Source of the DNA: Brevundimonas sp.
Lineage (GTDB): Bacteria; Pseudomonadota; Alphaproteobacteria; Caulobacterales; Caulobacteraceae
Assembly: GCA_036387575.1 (NCBI GenBank)
Contig: DASVTM010000448.1
Coordinates: 1 to 36,209, forward strand
Length of the DNA stretch: 36,209 nucleotides
Direction of reading: 5' to 3'
Shown: piece by piece, positions 18,354 through 27,024 of the stretch
How the letters are laid out: every line of letters begins with the position of its first letter
Numbering within the stretch: the first letter of the stretch is position 1
Position numbers and translations under genes: made by a program
Notes under the pieces: generated by a model
The model's database searches: none
Seen by the model: the letters and a program-made list of their open reading frames with translations, nothing else
Told to the model about the DNA's origin: nothing

Positions 18354-18766
18354 TGATCGGCAAGGGGCTGCTTAAAAAAGTGGTCGCAAGCTTTGCCGCT
18401 GCGGCCAGTGCTTTCGTTGCGGTGATCGCGTTCGGCGCGACTATTTTCTGCGCTCTTTGCCTGATCGTGCCCACGTTGGCTGCGGCGGCGATTACGTTCG
18501 GCGTGTTCGGAATCCTGACGGCCTTGATAGCCGTCATTTTCCTGAAACCAGGCAGTGGTCATCATGATGACGGCGAGGAAGACGAGCCGGAAAGCTTCGC
18601 TCAGAAGGCGGTGCACCTCATCCGTGAGCGTCCGATACTCGGCGCTGCTGGCGGGCTCGGCATCCTGTTCTTCCTGCTGCGGAATCCGGCGCTGGCCGCG
18701 ATAGCCGCCAGCATGATCACCGAAAAACGGATGGAGAGCCGAGGCTACGGTCGTCGCCGCAGATAG
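18353..18766 (+). CDS. Membrane protein (YqjE/holin-X-like position), hypothetical
   Basis: Two N-terminal TM segments plus a C-terminal hydrophobic segment; TGATG coupling to the DUF883 gene. Confidence 0.7.
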   Translation: MIGKGLLKKVVASFAAAASAFVAVIAFGATIFCALCLIVPTLAAAAITFGVFGILTALIAVIFLKPGSGHHDDGEEDEPESFAQKAVHLIRERPILGAAGGLGILFFLLRNPALAAIAASMITEKRMESRGYGRRRR

Positions 18767-18789
18767 CTAAGCAGATGTATTGGCCCGAC

Positions 18790-18814
18790 GGAACGGTGCG
18801 AGGTGAGCGGCGTT
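18790..18814 (+). promoter_or_regulatory. SigT/EcfG general-stress promoter
   Basis: GGAAC-N16-CGTT upstream of the DUF1328 gene. Confidence 0.8.
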
Positions 18815-18891
18815 GATAATTTGTGCGGCGCCGGTCAGGCGGCGTCCGACTTGATCAACCGTTTCAACCCGTTCCTGAGCTGGAGGCTATC

Positions 18892-19068
18892 ATGCTGCGT
18901 TGGGCTATCATCTTCTTCATCGTGGCGCTCGTCGCCGGCGTTCTGGGCTTCGGCGGCATCGCCGGCATGTCGTTCGAGATCGCAAAATTCGTCGCTATCA
19001 TCGCGGTCGTCCTGTTCCTGATCTCCCTCGTTGCGGGCGGTCTTCGCGGACGCGGTACGAGGATATAA
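18892..19068 (+). CDS. DUF1328 / YtjA family small membrane protein
   Basis: [25 protein letters not shown] signature; GGAGG RBS. Confidence 0.92.
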   Translation: MLRWAIIFFIVALVAGVLGFGGIAGMSFEIAKFVAIIAVVLFLISLVAGGLRGRGTRI

Positions 19069-19093
19069 TCAGGCGCTTCGGCGCTTGGCGAAG

Positions 19094-19124
19094 AAACCGC
19101 CGTCCGAAGGGGCGGCGGTTTTTT
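19094..19124 (+). terminator. Rho-independent terminator
   Basis: AAACCGCCGTCC-GAAG-GGGCGGCGGTTT stem followed by a T-run; preceded by a cUUCGg hairpin at ~19070-19087. Confidence 0.85.
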
Positions 19125-19169
19125 GTGCGTGCGATATGGTCCGTAACGGGAAGTCGGAATGCATGAAGC

Positions 19170-20027
19170 CTAGGTGACCGTCCTCTCCTTCTCACCTGCG
19201 ACAACGGGGTCGGGCGCGGTCGCTGCATCCCGCGTGTCCTGTCGACGAGGCAGGCGCCAGGTCTGGCTGGGCTCGAACTCTTTCCCGCACCAGGCCATCG
19301 CCGTGACAACGATCTCCTTGTTATCCCATTCCAGCTGATTGAAGCTAGGCGGCGTGCCGCGCTCGCGATGCGACAGCGTCCCGCAGCCCACCGCGTAAGA
19401 GCATCGGTCCGTCAGATCGATCGGCAGGGCGAATGGAATATGGGTGTGGCCGGTCATGATCAGATCGACTCCGGCCTCGGCGAATATCCCGGCGGCGGCG
19501 TCACCCCGTTTGACGTCGCCCGTCATGGGCGTGCCGATCATTTCTATCAGGGGATGATGACAGGCGAGTATTCTCAGCGCCCCGACGGGAGCCTGCCGCA
19601 GGGCCGCCGCGGCACGGCGCGTCTGCTCCAGATCGATCACGCCTTTCGACCAGTTGAGGCGGGCTTGCCAGCCGCGAGCGGTCGTCACGCCCCGCACCAT
19701 CAGGTTGTCACGCTTGAACTCGCCGTCGTGAGCCGGATGGCCGGTCGCAGCCTCGAAAGCTTTCCATGGCCAGAACAGCCGGTCCAACGCACTATAATAG
19801 GGAACGTCGTGGTTTCCGACGATGACGAACCGGGGCTCCGGCATCGCGCGTATCCAGGCGCCGGCCGCCGCAAACTCTTTGGGCAGGCCCTTTTGGGTCA
19901 CGTCGCCGGTAATCAGGATCAGGTCGTTAGGCGTCGTCCGGGCGTAGTCGATCGCCGCAGCGCAGGCGCGTTGGTGCTCCACCCCGAAATGGACGTCGGA
20001 AAATTGGATCAGGCGTCCGGTGCTCAA
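19170..20027 (-). CDS. Calcineurin-like metallophosphoesterase (CpdA-like)
   Basis: SDVH, TGDVT, GNHD, CHHP and GHTH motifs; TTG start at 20027 inferred. Confidence 0.9.
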   Translation of the reverse strand: MSTGRLIQFSDVHFGVEHQRACAAAIDYARTTPNDLILITGDVTQKGLPKEFAAAGAWIRAMPEPRFVIVGNHDVPYYSALDRLFWPWKAFEAATGHPAHDGEFKRDNLMVRGVTTARGWQARLNWSKGVIDLEQTRRAAAALRQAPVGALRILACHHPLIEMIGTPMTGDVKRGDAAAGIFAEAGVDLIMTGHTHIPFALPIDLTDRCSYAVGCGTLSHRERGTPPSFNQLEWDNKEIVVTAMAWCGKEFEPSQTWRLPRRQDTRDAATAPDPVVAGEKERTVT

Positions 20028-20040
20028 GGCGGCGTTCTCT

Positions 20041-21024
20041 TCATACGCTGTCTTCCGCCGCCGGCGGGTTTGGGGCAAGCGCCCGGAAGGCGTTGGGGAT
20101 GAAGATCACCTTGGTCTCGTGCGGAAGCAAGGTCGGCTCGCCGTCTATAACTGCCGGGATTTTCGAGCGCGCCCAGACGTCGATCCGTCGGGCGGGTCTG
20201 GTGGTCACGGATGCATCCTGACGCCAGTCGCTGAACAAGGCGGTAGCCGCCAGCCTGAAGGCTTGCCCGGTATCGGACGGGTCCATGGCTGCCGCCTCCA
20301 GCCCTACGGGCTCGTCCAGTGCGCGGGAGATCATTGGGCTGATCAGGACGAGCGCCTCGGTCTTGCCCTTGTCGCCTCCGTCCAGCGAAAATCTCAGCCG
20401 CCCTGTGAAGGCGCGGCGCAATGCCCGACGGCCATAAGCCCAGGCCAATGATAATTTGCCCGATCGCATCGCCTCCCGCGCCGGAGCCCAGAGCGCGGGC
20501 GAGCCCAGGATCGCGGCGCAATAGAACGCCTGGCCCTCGACCTTGCCGCCCGATACGGATTGCGGGGCGCCCTCTTCCAGTGCTGCCCTGAGCGCCAGTT
20601 TCCAGTCGGCGGTGCCGTAGAGTGCCTTCGGCAGCATGTTCATGGTGCCGCCGGGCAGGGGCGCCACGAGGGGTCCCTTCGGACCTGCCCGTGACGCGAC
20701 GGCCCGCGCCGTGCCGTCGCCTGCGAGAACGAAAAGGACGTCGGGCTTCGAAGCGATGGCCGCCTCGATCTCGGCGTCGATATCCCCTCCGAGCGACACC
20801 ACCTCCGCTTCGCAAGGATATTCGGCCAGAATGGCCTGGACCTCTTCGGACGCGCGGGGGCCGACGGACCCCGACGCGGGATTCACCAGCACCATGATCC
20901 GCTTGATCTCGATATGAGGCGTCAACTGGCGGACGACCGCTTGCGCAGCCTCGGCCATCGCCCCGTTAGAGACGGGCGCACTGTCGGGCTCAGAGGTCCC
21001 GCGGCTGATCGTGTCGGTCATCAC
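20041..21024 (-). CDS. Diacylglycerol/lipid kinase family protein (YegS/BmrU-like)
   Basis: VNPASGS, AGDGT, PGGTMN and IDGE motifs. Confidence 0.88.
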   Translation of the reverse strand: MMTDTISRGTSEPDSAPVSNGAMAEAAQAVVRQLTPHIEIKRIMVLVNPASGSVGPRASEEVQAILAEYPCEAEVVSLGGDIDAEIEAAIASKPDVLFVLAGDGTARAVASRAGPKGPLVAPLPGGTMNMLPKALYGTADWKLALRAALEEGAPQSVSGGKVEGQAFYCAAILGSPALWAPAREAMRSGKLSLAWAYGRRALRRAFTGRLRFSLDGGDKGKTEALVLISPMISRALDEPVGLEAAAMDPSDTGQAFRLAATALFSDWRQDASVTTRPARRIDVWARSKIPAVIDGEPTLLPHETKVIFIPNAFRALAPNPPAAEDSV

Positions 21025-21029
21025 GCCCG

Positions 21030-21054
21030 AACGTCCCGCTGCAACTGACGTTCC
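21030..21054 (-). promoter_or_regulatory. SigT/EcfG promoter, probably giving a leaderless mRNA
   Basis: Minus strand GGAAC-gtcagttgcagcggga-CGTT, ending 5 nt before GTG ATG. Confidence 0.78.
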
Positions 21055-21097
21055 GATACCAAGCGTATCTATTCTAAAAGGACGTGATGCAGCGCGC

Positions 21098-21466
21098 TTA
21101 TCGGGAGGTGGGCGACTTCATCTGATCCGAGGTCTCTGCAGCGCCGGCCTTGAGAGCGTCGCCGGTTTTCTCCACGGCGTTTCCAGCCTTGTCGGCGGCC
21201 ACAGCCCCCGCGGCAGGCGCCCTGCCTATGGCTTGCCGCACCGCATCGGCGCCCGCCGAAATCCAGGCGTCGATGACGGCGCCTCCGGCAGCGATCGAGC
21301 GTTCCTTGATGGCCATTACGGCGGTCAGGGCTCCGAACAAGGCAAGAAGGGTAACCACAAGTCCGACCAGCGAGCCCCCGCTCCGGCCACGACGGCGTTT
21401 GTTGCGCGCCCAGACAGGGCTGTGGCTCGTATCGTCCGAGTTCCGGACTAGTTCAGGAAAACGCAT
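21098..21466 (-). CDS. Hypothetical single-pass membrane protein with Ala/Lys/Asp-rich (LEA-like) tail
   Basis: ATG 21466 with a G-rich RBS; basic stretch then a TM helix; coding-like codon usage. Confidence 0.65.
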   Translation of the reverse strand: MRFPELVRNSDDTSHSPVWARNKRRRGRSGGSLVGLVVTLLALFGALTAVMAIKERSIAAGGAVIDAWISAGADAVRQAIGRAPAAGAVAADKAGNAVEKTGDALKAGAAETSDQMKSPTSR

Positions 21467-21557
21467 GTCAGACCCCCCTAACAATTTTATTGTAACGCCG
21501 TACGACGCGAAGCCGTGCCGGCAGTTCTGGTAGAATGTTTACGAACCGAATATCGGG

Positions 21558-21582
21558 GGAACCTGTGCCATAATCCAGCGTT
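21558..21582 (+). promoter_or_regulatory. SigT/EcfG general-stress promoter
   Basis: GGAAC-N16-CGTT upstream of the glycine-zipper lipoprotein. Confidence 0.8.
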
Positions 21583-21653
21583 CTCCCCCTGGGGGCGAAC
21601 AATCGGCCCGCTTTCGGCTCATTGCGGGCCATCCGGGATGAAGGAATACACCC

Positions 21654-22013
21654 ATGAAAAAAGCACTTATCGCCATCGGAGCCGCCGGTCTCATGGCTTC
21701 GGCCTGCGCGAGCGACCCTTACGGCAGCTCGTATGGCAGCACCGGCTCTAACCAGACCGTCCGCCAAGGCGCCATCGGCGCAGGCCTCGGCGCCGTCGCC
21801 GGCGCCATTATCGGCAACAACGTGGGCGGCGGCAACGCAGCCACCGGCGCCCTGATCGGCGGCCTCGCCGGCGGCGCTGTCGGCGCAATCCGCGGTTCGA
21901 ACCAGGACCGTTCGAACCAGCAGCGCTACCGCGACAACGGCGGCGCGTACTACTATTGCTACGATAACCGTCAATCGGAATGCTATTGGGAAAACGGCCA
22001 ACGCCGCCAGTAG
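21654..22013 (+). CDS. Glycine-zipper lipoprotein
   Basis: Signal peptide with lipobox ASAC; GAIGAGLGAVAGAIIG...GALIGGLAGGAVG; AAGGA RBS. Confidence 0.85.
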   Translation: MKKALIAIGAAGLMASACASDPYGSSYGSTGSNQTVRQGAIGAGLGAVAGAIIGNNVGGGNAATGALIGGLAGGAVGAIRGSNQDRSNQQRYRDNGGAYYYCYDNRQSECYWENGQRRQ

Positions 22014-22051
22014 GACTCTCCGGCCGTCCGTGGGACGGTAGGACTGATTCG

Positions 22052-22084
22052 GGGGCGGTTCGCTGTTTGCGGACCGCCCCTTTT
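22052..22084 (+). terminator. Rho-independent terminator
   Basis: GGGGCGGTTCGC-5 nt loop-GCGGACCGCCCC stem followed by TTTT. Confidence 0.8.
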
Positions 22085-22136
22085 CGTGTCGGGGCGAGAT
22101 TTTTGGAACGTCGGTTTTGCGACGCAGGGGTAGACG

Positions 22137-22598
22137 ATGACGAACGGCAGGATCTTGGTCGGGGTGGCTCTGCTGGCAGGGCTGGGGCTGGCGGGGTGCG
22201 AGACATCCGGGCGAGCGTTCAAGGACCGGTCACAGATCGTCGAGACGCCGACGGTCTGTACGCCAAAGCGATTCGAAATCTATTTTGCCGATAGCGAGGC
22301 GCGGCTGACGGGGCCGGCGCGGCAGGCGATCGGGCTGACGGCGACGCAGTTGCAAGGCTGCAATATCAAGAGCGTCAAGGTGCTGGGGCTGTCGGATGCG
22401 CGCGGTGGCGCTGACGCCAATCTGGACTTGTCCGAGCGACGCGCCAAGACGGTTGCCGAGGCGCTTGCGGCGGCTGGGTGGCCCTCGCCGGCGTTTGAAG
22501 TGGGTGCGGCCGGCGATGAGGGTGCGGCGAACGCATCGGGCGTGCGTGAGCCGTTGCGGCGGCGCACCGAGGTGCTCGTCGACGCAGCCCCGAATTAG
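22137..22598 (+). CDS. OmpA family peptidoglycan-associated lipoprotein
   Basis: Lipobox LAGC; IYF, GLSDARG, NLDLSERRAKTV, RRRTEV OmpA C-terminal motifs. Confidence 0.87.
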   Translation: MTNGRILVGVALLAGLGLAGCETSGRAFKDRSQIVETPTVCTPKRFEIYFADSEARLTGPARQAIGLTATQLQGCNIKSVKVLGLSDARGGADANLDLSERRAKTVAEALAAAGWPSPAFEVGAAGDEGAANASGVREPLRRRTEVLVDAAPN

Positions 22599-22659
22599 AA
22601 CTCCGACCAGGAGGCGTCAGAGGCTATAGGTCGGGCCCCAACGGTCCGGACCTTCGCCT

Positions 22660-24786
22660 TTGCGCCTTTTCGCCTGCATCCTCTGGCTGAGCCTGGCTTT
22701 TGCTTCGGGCCCTGCGTTCGCGCAGGCGGGTCCGCAGAAGACCGAGCGGATCGAGGCGGAACTGGTCCCGATGTCGGCCTGGGCCGCGCCGGGATCGACG
22801 GCGGTCGTGGCGATCCGGCAGAAGATTCAGCCGGGCTGGCATACCTACTGGCGCAATCCCGGCGACTCCGGCGGACCGACGACGTTGCGCTGGAGTCTGC
22901 CGACGGGTGTCACGGCGGGCGATATCGTCTGGCCTTTGCCCCAGCGCCAGCGGCTGCAAGGCCTGACCAATTTTGGGTATGAGGGCGAGGTCTTCCTGCC
23001 GGTGCCGATCGAGGTTCCGGCCTCGGCGAGGACCGGGACGACCATTCCCTTGAGCGTCAACGTCGTGTTCCTCGTCTGCAGTGCCGAAATGTGCGTGCCG
23101 GACCAGATGACCCTGACGCTGAACCTGCCGATCAAGGACGGCGCTGCGCCTCTGGCGGGAGCCGTGGGTAGTCGCATCCAGAGCGTGGTCGAGACGGCTC
23201 CGCGTCCGGCGGGGATCACCGCCCACGCGACCCTGAACGGCCAGACACTGACGCTCAGCGCCACCGGCGGCCCGTTGGCGGGTCTCACGCCGAAACAGGC
23301 GTCCTTCTTCCCTTACGAGGGTGATGTCATCGACCACGCGGCGGCGCAGTTCGGCCAGCGTGGAGCCTCTGGCGTGACGCTGGAACTGGCGGCGGGCGTG
23401 GACCTGAAGAAGACAGGCTTGAACGGCCCGATCTCCGGCGTCCTTTCGACCGACGTCGGCAGTTGGGAGATCACGGCGACGCCCGGCCCCGCGCTTGCGG
23501 GCGCAGGCGGGTCGGGGGCTTTGGAACCCACGCCGGACGCGTTTGGCCAAGCGCAGGGTCCAATATCGACGGGCTGGCTGGCGGTGCTTCAGGCTGCGGG
23601 GTTTGCTTTTCTCGGAGGCGTGATCCTGAACCTGATGCCGTGTGTCTTCCCGATATTGGCGATGAAGGCGGCGTCCCTTACCCGTTCGGCACACGATCCG
23701 GCAGAGGCCCGTCGCGACGGGATAGCCTTCACGCTCGGCGTGCTCGTTGCGTTCGCCGGACTGGCTGCGGTGCTGCTGATCCTGCGGGCCGGAGGTCAGG
23801 CCGTGGGGTGGGGCTTCCAGCTCCAGTCTCCTGCGGTAGTGGCTGCTCTGGCCCTGCTGATGCTCGCCGTGGCGTTGAACCTGTCGGGCGTGTTCGAGGT
23901 CGGTGGTCGGCTGCAGGCGGTAGGCGGCTCGCGCCTGACCCGGCTGCACGGCGGCACGGGCGCCTTCTTCACTGGCGTGCTGGCTGTCGTGGTGGCTGCG
24001 CCTTGCACCGCGCCGTTCATGGCCTTCGCGCTGGGAGCTGCGCTGGTGATGCCCGCGCCGCTGGCGATGATCGTCTTCCTGATGCTGGGCCTCGGACTGG
24101 CGCTGCCCTATCTGCTCGTCAGCCTTTCGCCGAGCCTGCTGGGACGACTGCCCAAGCCGGGTCACTGGATGGTGACCCTGCAGCGCTGGTTGGCCATACC
24201 GATGTACGCCGCCGCCCTGTGGTTGGTCTGGGTCTTCTGGAGGCAGACCGCACTGTCCCCCGCCCTCTTGCTGGTCGGCGCGTGTGTGGTGGCGGCGATC
24301 GGACTGGCCGCCGCCGGCGTCTTCGCCAAACGCGCCCGATGGGCGCGCGGCGCGGGCTGTGGCGCCATCGCGGTCGCCGTCGTTCTGACCGGCGTGTCGG
24401 CGCACCTCGCAGCGGCAGCGGCAGCGACCGCCCCGACCGAGATCCCCGCCGACGCCTGGTCCTCGCAGAAGGTGCAGACGGCTCTGGCCGAGGGCCGTCC
24501 GGTGCTGGTCAATTTCACCGCCGACTGGTGCGTCAGCTGCAAGATCAACGAGCGCACGGCGCTGGCCTCACCGGTTACGGCCAAGGCGCTCAAGGACGCC
24601 AACGCCGTCTATCTGGAAGGCGACTGGACCCGGCGCGATGACGCGATCACGCGTGAACTCCAGCGCCACGGACGGTCAGGGGTGCCGCTGTACCTGCTCT
24701 ACACACCGGGCCAGACCGAGCCGCGATTGTTGCCTCAGCTGCTGACTGAGGGCGTCGTGGTGGATGCGCTGAAGACCGGCAAGTAA
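22660..24786 (+). CDS. dsbD: Thiol:disulfide interchange protein DsbD/ScsB-like
   Basis: N-domain GWHTYWRNPGDSG and CxxxxC; TM domain NLMPCVFP and APCTAP; C-terminal thioredoxin TADWCVSC. Confidence 0.88.
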   Translation: MRLFACILWLSLAFASGPAFAQAGPQKTERIEAELVPMSAWAAPGSTAVVAIRQKIQPGWHTYWRNPGDSGGPTTLRWSLPTGVTAGDIVWPLPQRQRLQGLTNFGYEGEVFLPVPIEVPASARTGTTIPLSVNVVFLVCSAEMCVPDQMTLTLNLPIKDGAAPLAGAVGSRIQSVVETAPRPAGITAHATLNGQTLTLSATGGPLAGLTPKQASFFPYEGDVIDHAAAQFGQRGASGVTLELAAGVDLKKTGLNGPISGVLSTDVGSWEITATPGPALAGAGGSGALEPTPDAFGQAQGPISTGWLAVLQAAGFAFLGGVILNLMPCVFPILAMKAASLTRSAHDPAEARRDGIAFTLGVLVAFAGLAAVLLILRAGGQAVGWGFQLQSPAVVAALALLMLAVALNLSGVFEVGGRLQAVGGSRLTRLHGGTGAFFTGVLAVVVAAPCTAPFMAFALGAALVMPAPLAMIVFLMLGLGLALPYLLVSLSPSLLGRLPKPGHWMVTLQRWLAIPMYAAALWLVWVFWRQTALSPALLLVGACVVAAIGLAAAGVFAKRARWARGAGCGAIAVAVVLTGVSAHLAAAAAATAPTEIPADAWSSQKVQTALAEGRPVLVNFTADWCVSCKINERTALASPVTAKALKDANAVYLEGDWTRRDDAITRELQRHGRSGVPLYLLYTPGQTEPRLLPQLLTEGVVVDALKTGK

Positions 24787-24791
24787 GCAGC

Positions 24792-25697
24792 TCAGGCGAC
24801 GCTGAGGTCTTCGCTGAAGAGCGCCAGAAGAGCGGCGACCTTGGGACTGAGCTCCCGGCCGGTCAGCCAGATGAGATGCAGCGGCAGCCCCTCTACCGCG
24901 TACTCGGGAAGCAATTCGACCAGCTCTCCGCTCTCGAGTTCGCGACTGACCAGCCATGTTGCGAGTTGGGCGACGCCGAAGCCGGCCTTGACCGCCTCGA
25001 CCTGCGCCTCTGCACTGCCGAGAACGATACGACCCTCGACCGCCCGGTGCTCGACGCCACCTGCGCTGCCGAAGCGCCAGGGTGAGGTCAGGCCGTCGCT
25101 GCGGCCATAGAGCACGCCGTCCAACTTGATCAGGTCGTCCGGAGTTTTCGGCATGGTCTGTCCGGCGAGCCAATCCGGCGCGGCGCAGAAGACCAGACGC
25201 TCGGCCCCCAGCCGGCGATGGCCGATGCCGTCGCGCCAGACCTCGGGACCCCCGATCCTCACCGTGATGTCGACGCCTTCCTCGATAACATCGACGAAGC
25301 GATCGGTGAACGAGACCTGCGGCCGAACCGCCGGATAGCGCTCGGCGAATTTGAGCAGCAGCGGCATAACGCGCATCCGTCCGAACGCCACCGGCAGGTC
25401 CAGTTTGACGCGCCCCACGGGCTCGACGCCATGGGCTGTAAGCACCGCTTCGGCCTCGGCGAGGTCGCCGAGCACGCGCACGCAGGTGGCGTAGAAGGCG
25501 GTCCCGGCGTCGGTCAGTTTCAGGCTGCGAGTGGTGCGGTTAAACAGTCGCGATGACAGGCGGGCCTCCAGCCGCCCCACGCTCTTGCTAATCGCGGAGT
25601 TGGTCAGGTTGAGACGCTTTCCAGCAGCGGTGAAGCTGCCGAGGTCGGCGGAGGCGACGAAGGCCTCTATTCCCTTGAGCCGTTCGGACGGGAGCAT
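24792..25697 (-). CDS. LysR family transcriptional regulator (CrgA/DmlR-like)
   Basis: GSFTAAG..L..SAISKSVGRLE..L...LFNRTTRSLKLTDAG HTH motif; EEGVDITVRIG. Confidence 0.93.
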   Translation of the reverse strand: MLPSERLKGIEAFVASADLGSFTAAGKRLNLTNSAISKSVGRLEARLSSRLFNRTTRSLKLTDAGTAFYATCVRVLGDLAEAEAVLTAHGVEPVGRVKLDLPVAFGRMRVMPLLLKFAERYPAVRPQVSFTDRFVDVIEEGVDITVRIGGPEVWRDGIGHRRLGAERLVFCAAPDWLAGQTMPKTPDDLIKLDGVLYGRSDGLTSPWRFGSAGGVEHRAVEGRIVLGSAEAQVEAVKAGFGVAQLATWLVSRELESGELVELLPEYAVEGLPLHLIWLTGRELSPKVAALLALFSEDLSVA

Positions 25698-25723
25698 CAG
25701 TGACTTCCAACTCTGGACAAAAA

Positions 25724-25740
25724 TTCCATAATAGCTGGAA
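25724..25740. promoter_or_regulatory. Putative LysR operator
   Basis: Interrupted palindrome TTCCA-N7-TGGAA in the divergent LysR/MFS intergenic region; related half-sites at ~25706-25718. Confidence 0.55.
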
Positions 25741-25803
25741 ATCTGACCGCGTGTACGGATCGATCGTCAATGATAGATGATCTGCCTCTCTTTGGAGGCC
25801 TCC

Positions 25804-27012
25804 GTGTCCGTCACCCCCATTTCCGCTACACCCGCCTCGCCAAGCGCTGCCGACAAGCCGCGCAACGGCGCGCTCTCGGTGCTCCTGCTGGCCATCTCGG
25901 CGTTCGTCATCGTGACCACCGAGTTCATCATCGTGGGCCTGCTGCCGGCCTTGGCGCGGGACCTGAACATCAGCATCACGGTCGCCGGGATGCTGGTCAC
26001 GCTGTTCGCCTTCAGCGTCATGCTGTTCGGACCGATCCTGACCGGGCTGGTCTCACATTTCGACCGCAAGCGGCTGTTCGTCGTGCTGCTGGTCATCTTC
26101 GCCGGCTCGAATGCGCTGGCGGCCGTCGCGCCGAACATCTGGGTGCTGGCGCTGGCCCGGTTCCTGCCCGCGCTGGCCCTGCCGATCTTCTGGGGCACGG
26201 CCAGTGAGACCGCCGGTGAGATCGCTGGACCGGAGCGCGCCAGCAAGGCCGTCGCCAACGTCTATCTGGGCATCGCCGGGGCCATGGTGTTCGGCATTCC
26301 GCTCGGCACGTTGGCGGGGGCCGCGTTCGGCTGGCGAGGCGCCTTCTGGGCTCTGGCGGTGCTGTCGCTGGTGATGGCCGTGCTTCTGGTGGCTGTCATG
26401 CCGACGCTGGCCAAGCCTCAGCGCCTGCGTCTGGGCGAGCAGATGAAAATCCTGAAGTCGCCGTTCTTCCTCGCCAATATCGGCCTGTCGGTGCTTGTCT
26501 TCACCGCAATGTTCACCGCCTACACCTACCTCGCCGACATGCTGGAGCAGATCGCGCGAGTGCCTGCGAAGGATGTCGGCTGGTGGTTGATGGGCTTTGG
26601 CGCCATCGGCCTGATCGGCAACTGGCTTGGCGGCATCATGATCGGGCGTGGGGCCCTGCGCGCCACGGCGCTGGTCTCGGCGGTGCTGGCGGTCGGGATG
26701 GCTGCGGCGGTTCCGTTCGCTGCAAACCCGGTAGCCCTCGGCCTGGCGCTGGCCGTTTGGGGTCTGGCCAACACCGCGCTCTACCCGATCTGCCAGATTC
26801 GCGTGATGAAGGCCGCGACCCATGCGCAGGCGCTGGCGGGCACGCTGAACGTGTCGATGGCCAATGCGGGCATTGGTCTGGGCGCGATCATCGGTGGTGC
26901 AGCGATCAAGTCGCTGGGCATCGGCAGCCTCGGCTACATCGCCGCCGGTATTGCGGTGCTGGCTGTGATCGCCGTTCCGTTCGTCGCGCGTCTGCAGCCG
27001 AAAGCGGCCTGA
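25804..27012 (+). CDS. MFS transporter, DHA1 (AraJ/NepI/YdhP-like)
   Basis: VTTEFIIVGLLP motif, GIPLGT, about 12 TM segments; GTG 25804 preceded by GGAGG. Confidence 0.9.
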   Translation: MSVTPISATPASPSAADKPRNGALSVLLLAISAFVIVTTEFIIVGLLPALARDLNISITVAGMLVTLFAFSVMLFGPILTGLVSHFDRKRLFVVLLVIFAGSNALAAVAPNIWVLALARFLPALALPIFWGTASETAGEIAGPERASKAVANVYLGIAGAMVFGIPLGTLAGAAFGWRGAFWALAVLSLVMAVLLVAVMPTLAKPQRLRLGEQMKILKSPFFLANIGLSVLVFTAMFTAYTYLADMLEQIARVPAKDVGWWLMGFGAIGLIGNWLGGIMIGRGALRATALVSAVLAVGMAAAVPFAANPVALGLALAVWGLANTALYPICQIRVMKAATHAQALAGTLNVSMANAGIGLGAIIGGAAIKSLGIGSLGYIAAGIAVLAVIAVPFVARLQPKAA

Positions 27013-27024
27013 GGCGAACGCCTG

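Noticed and set aside
22105-22132. GGAAC upstream of the OmpA-family gene as a fifth SigT promoter
   Set aside because: No CGTT/GTT -10 element at 16-17 nt spacing (the sequence is GGGGTA).
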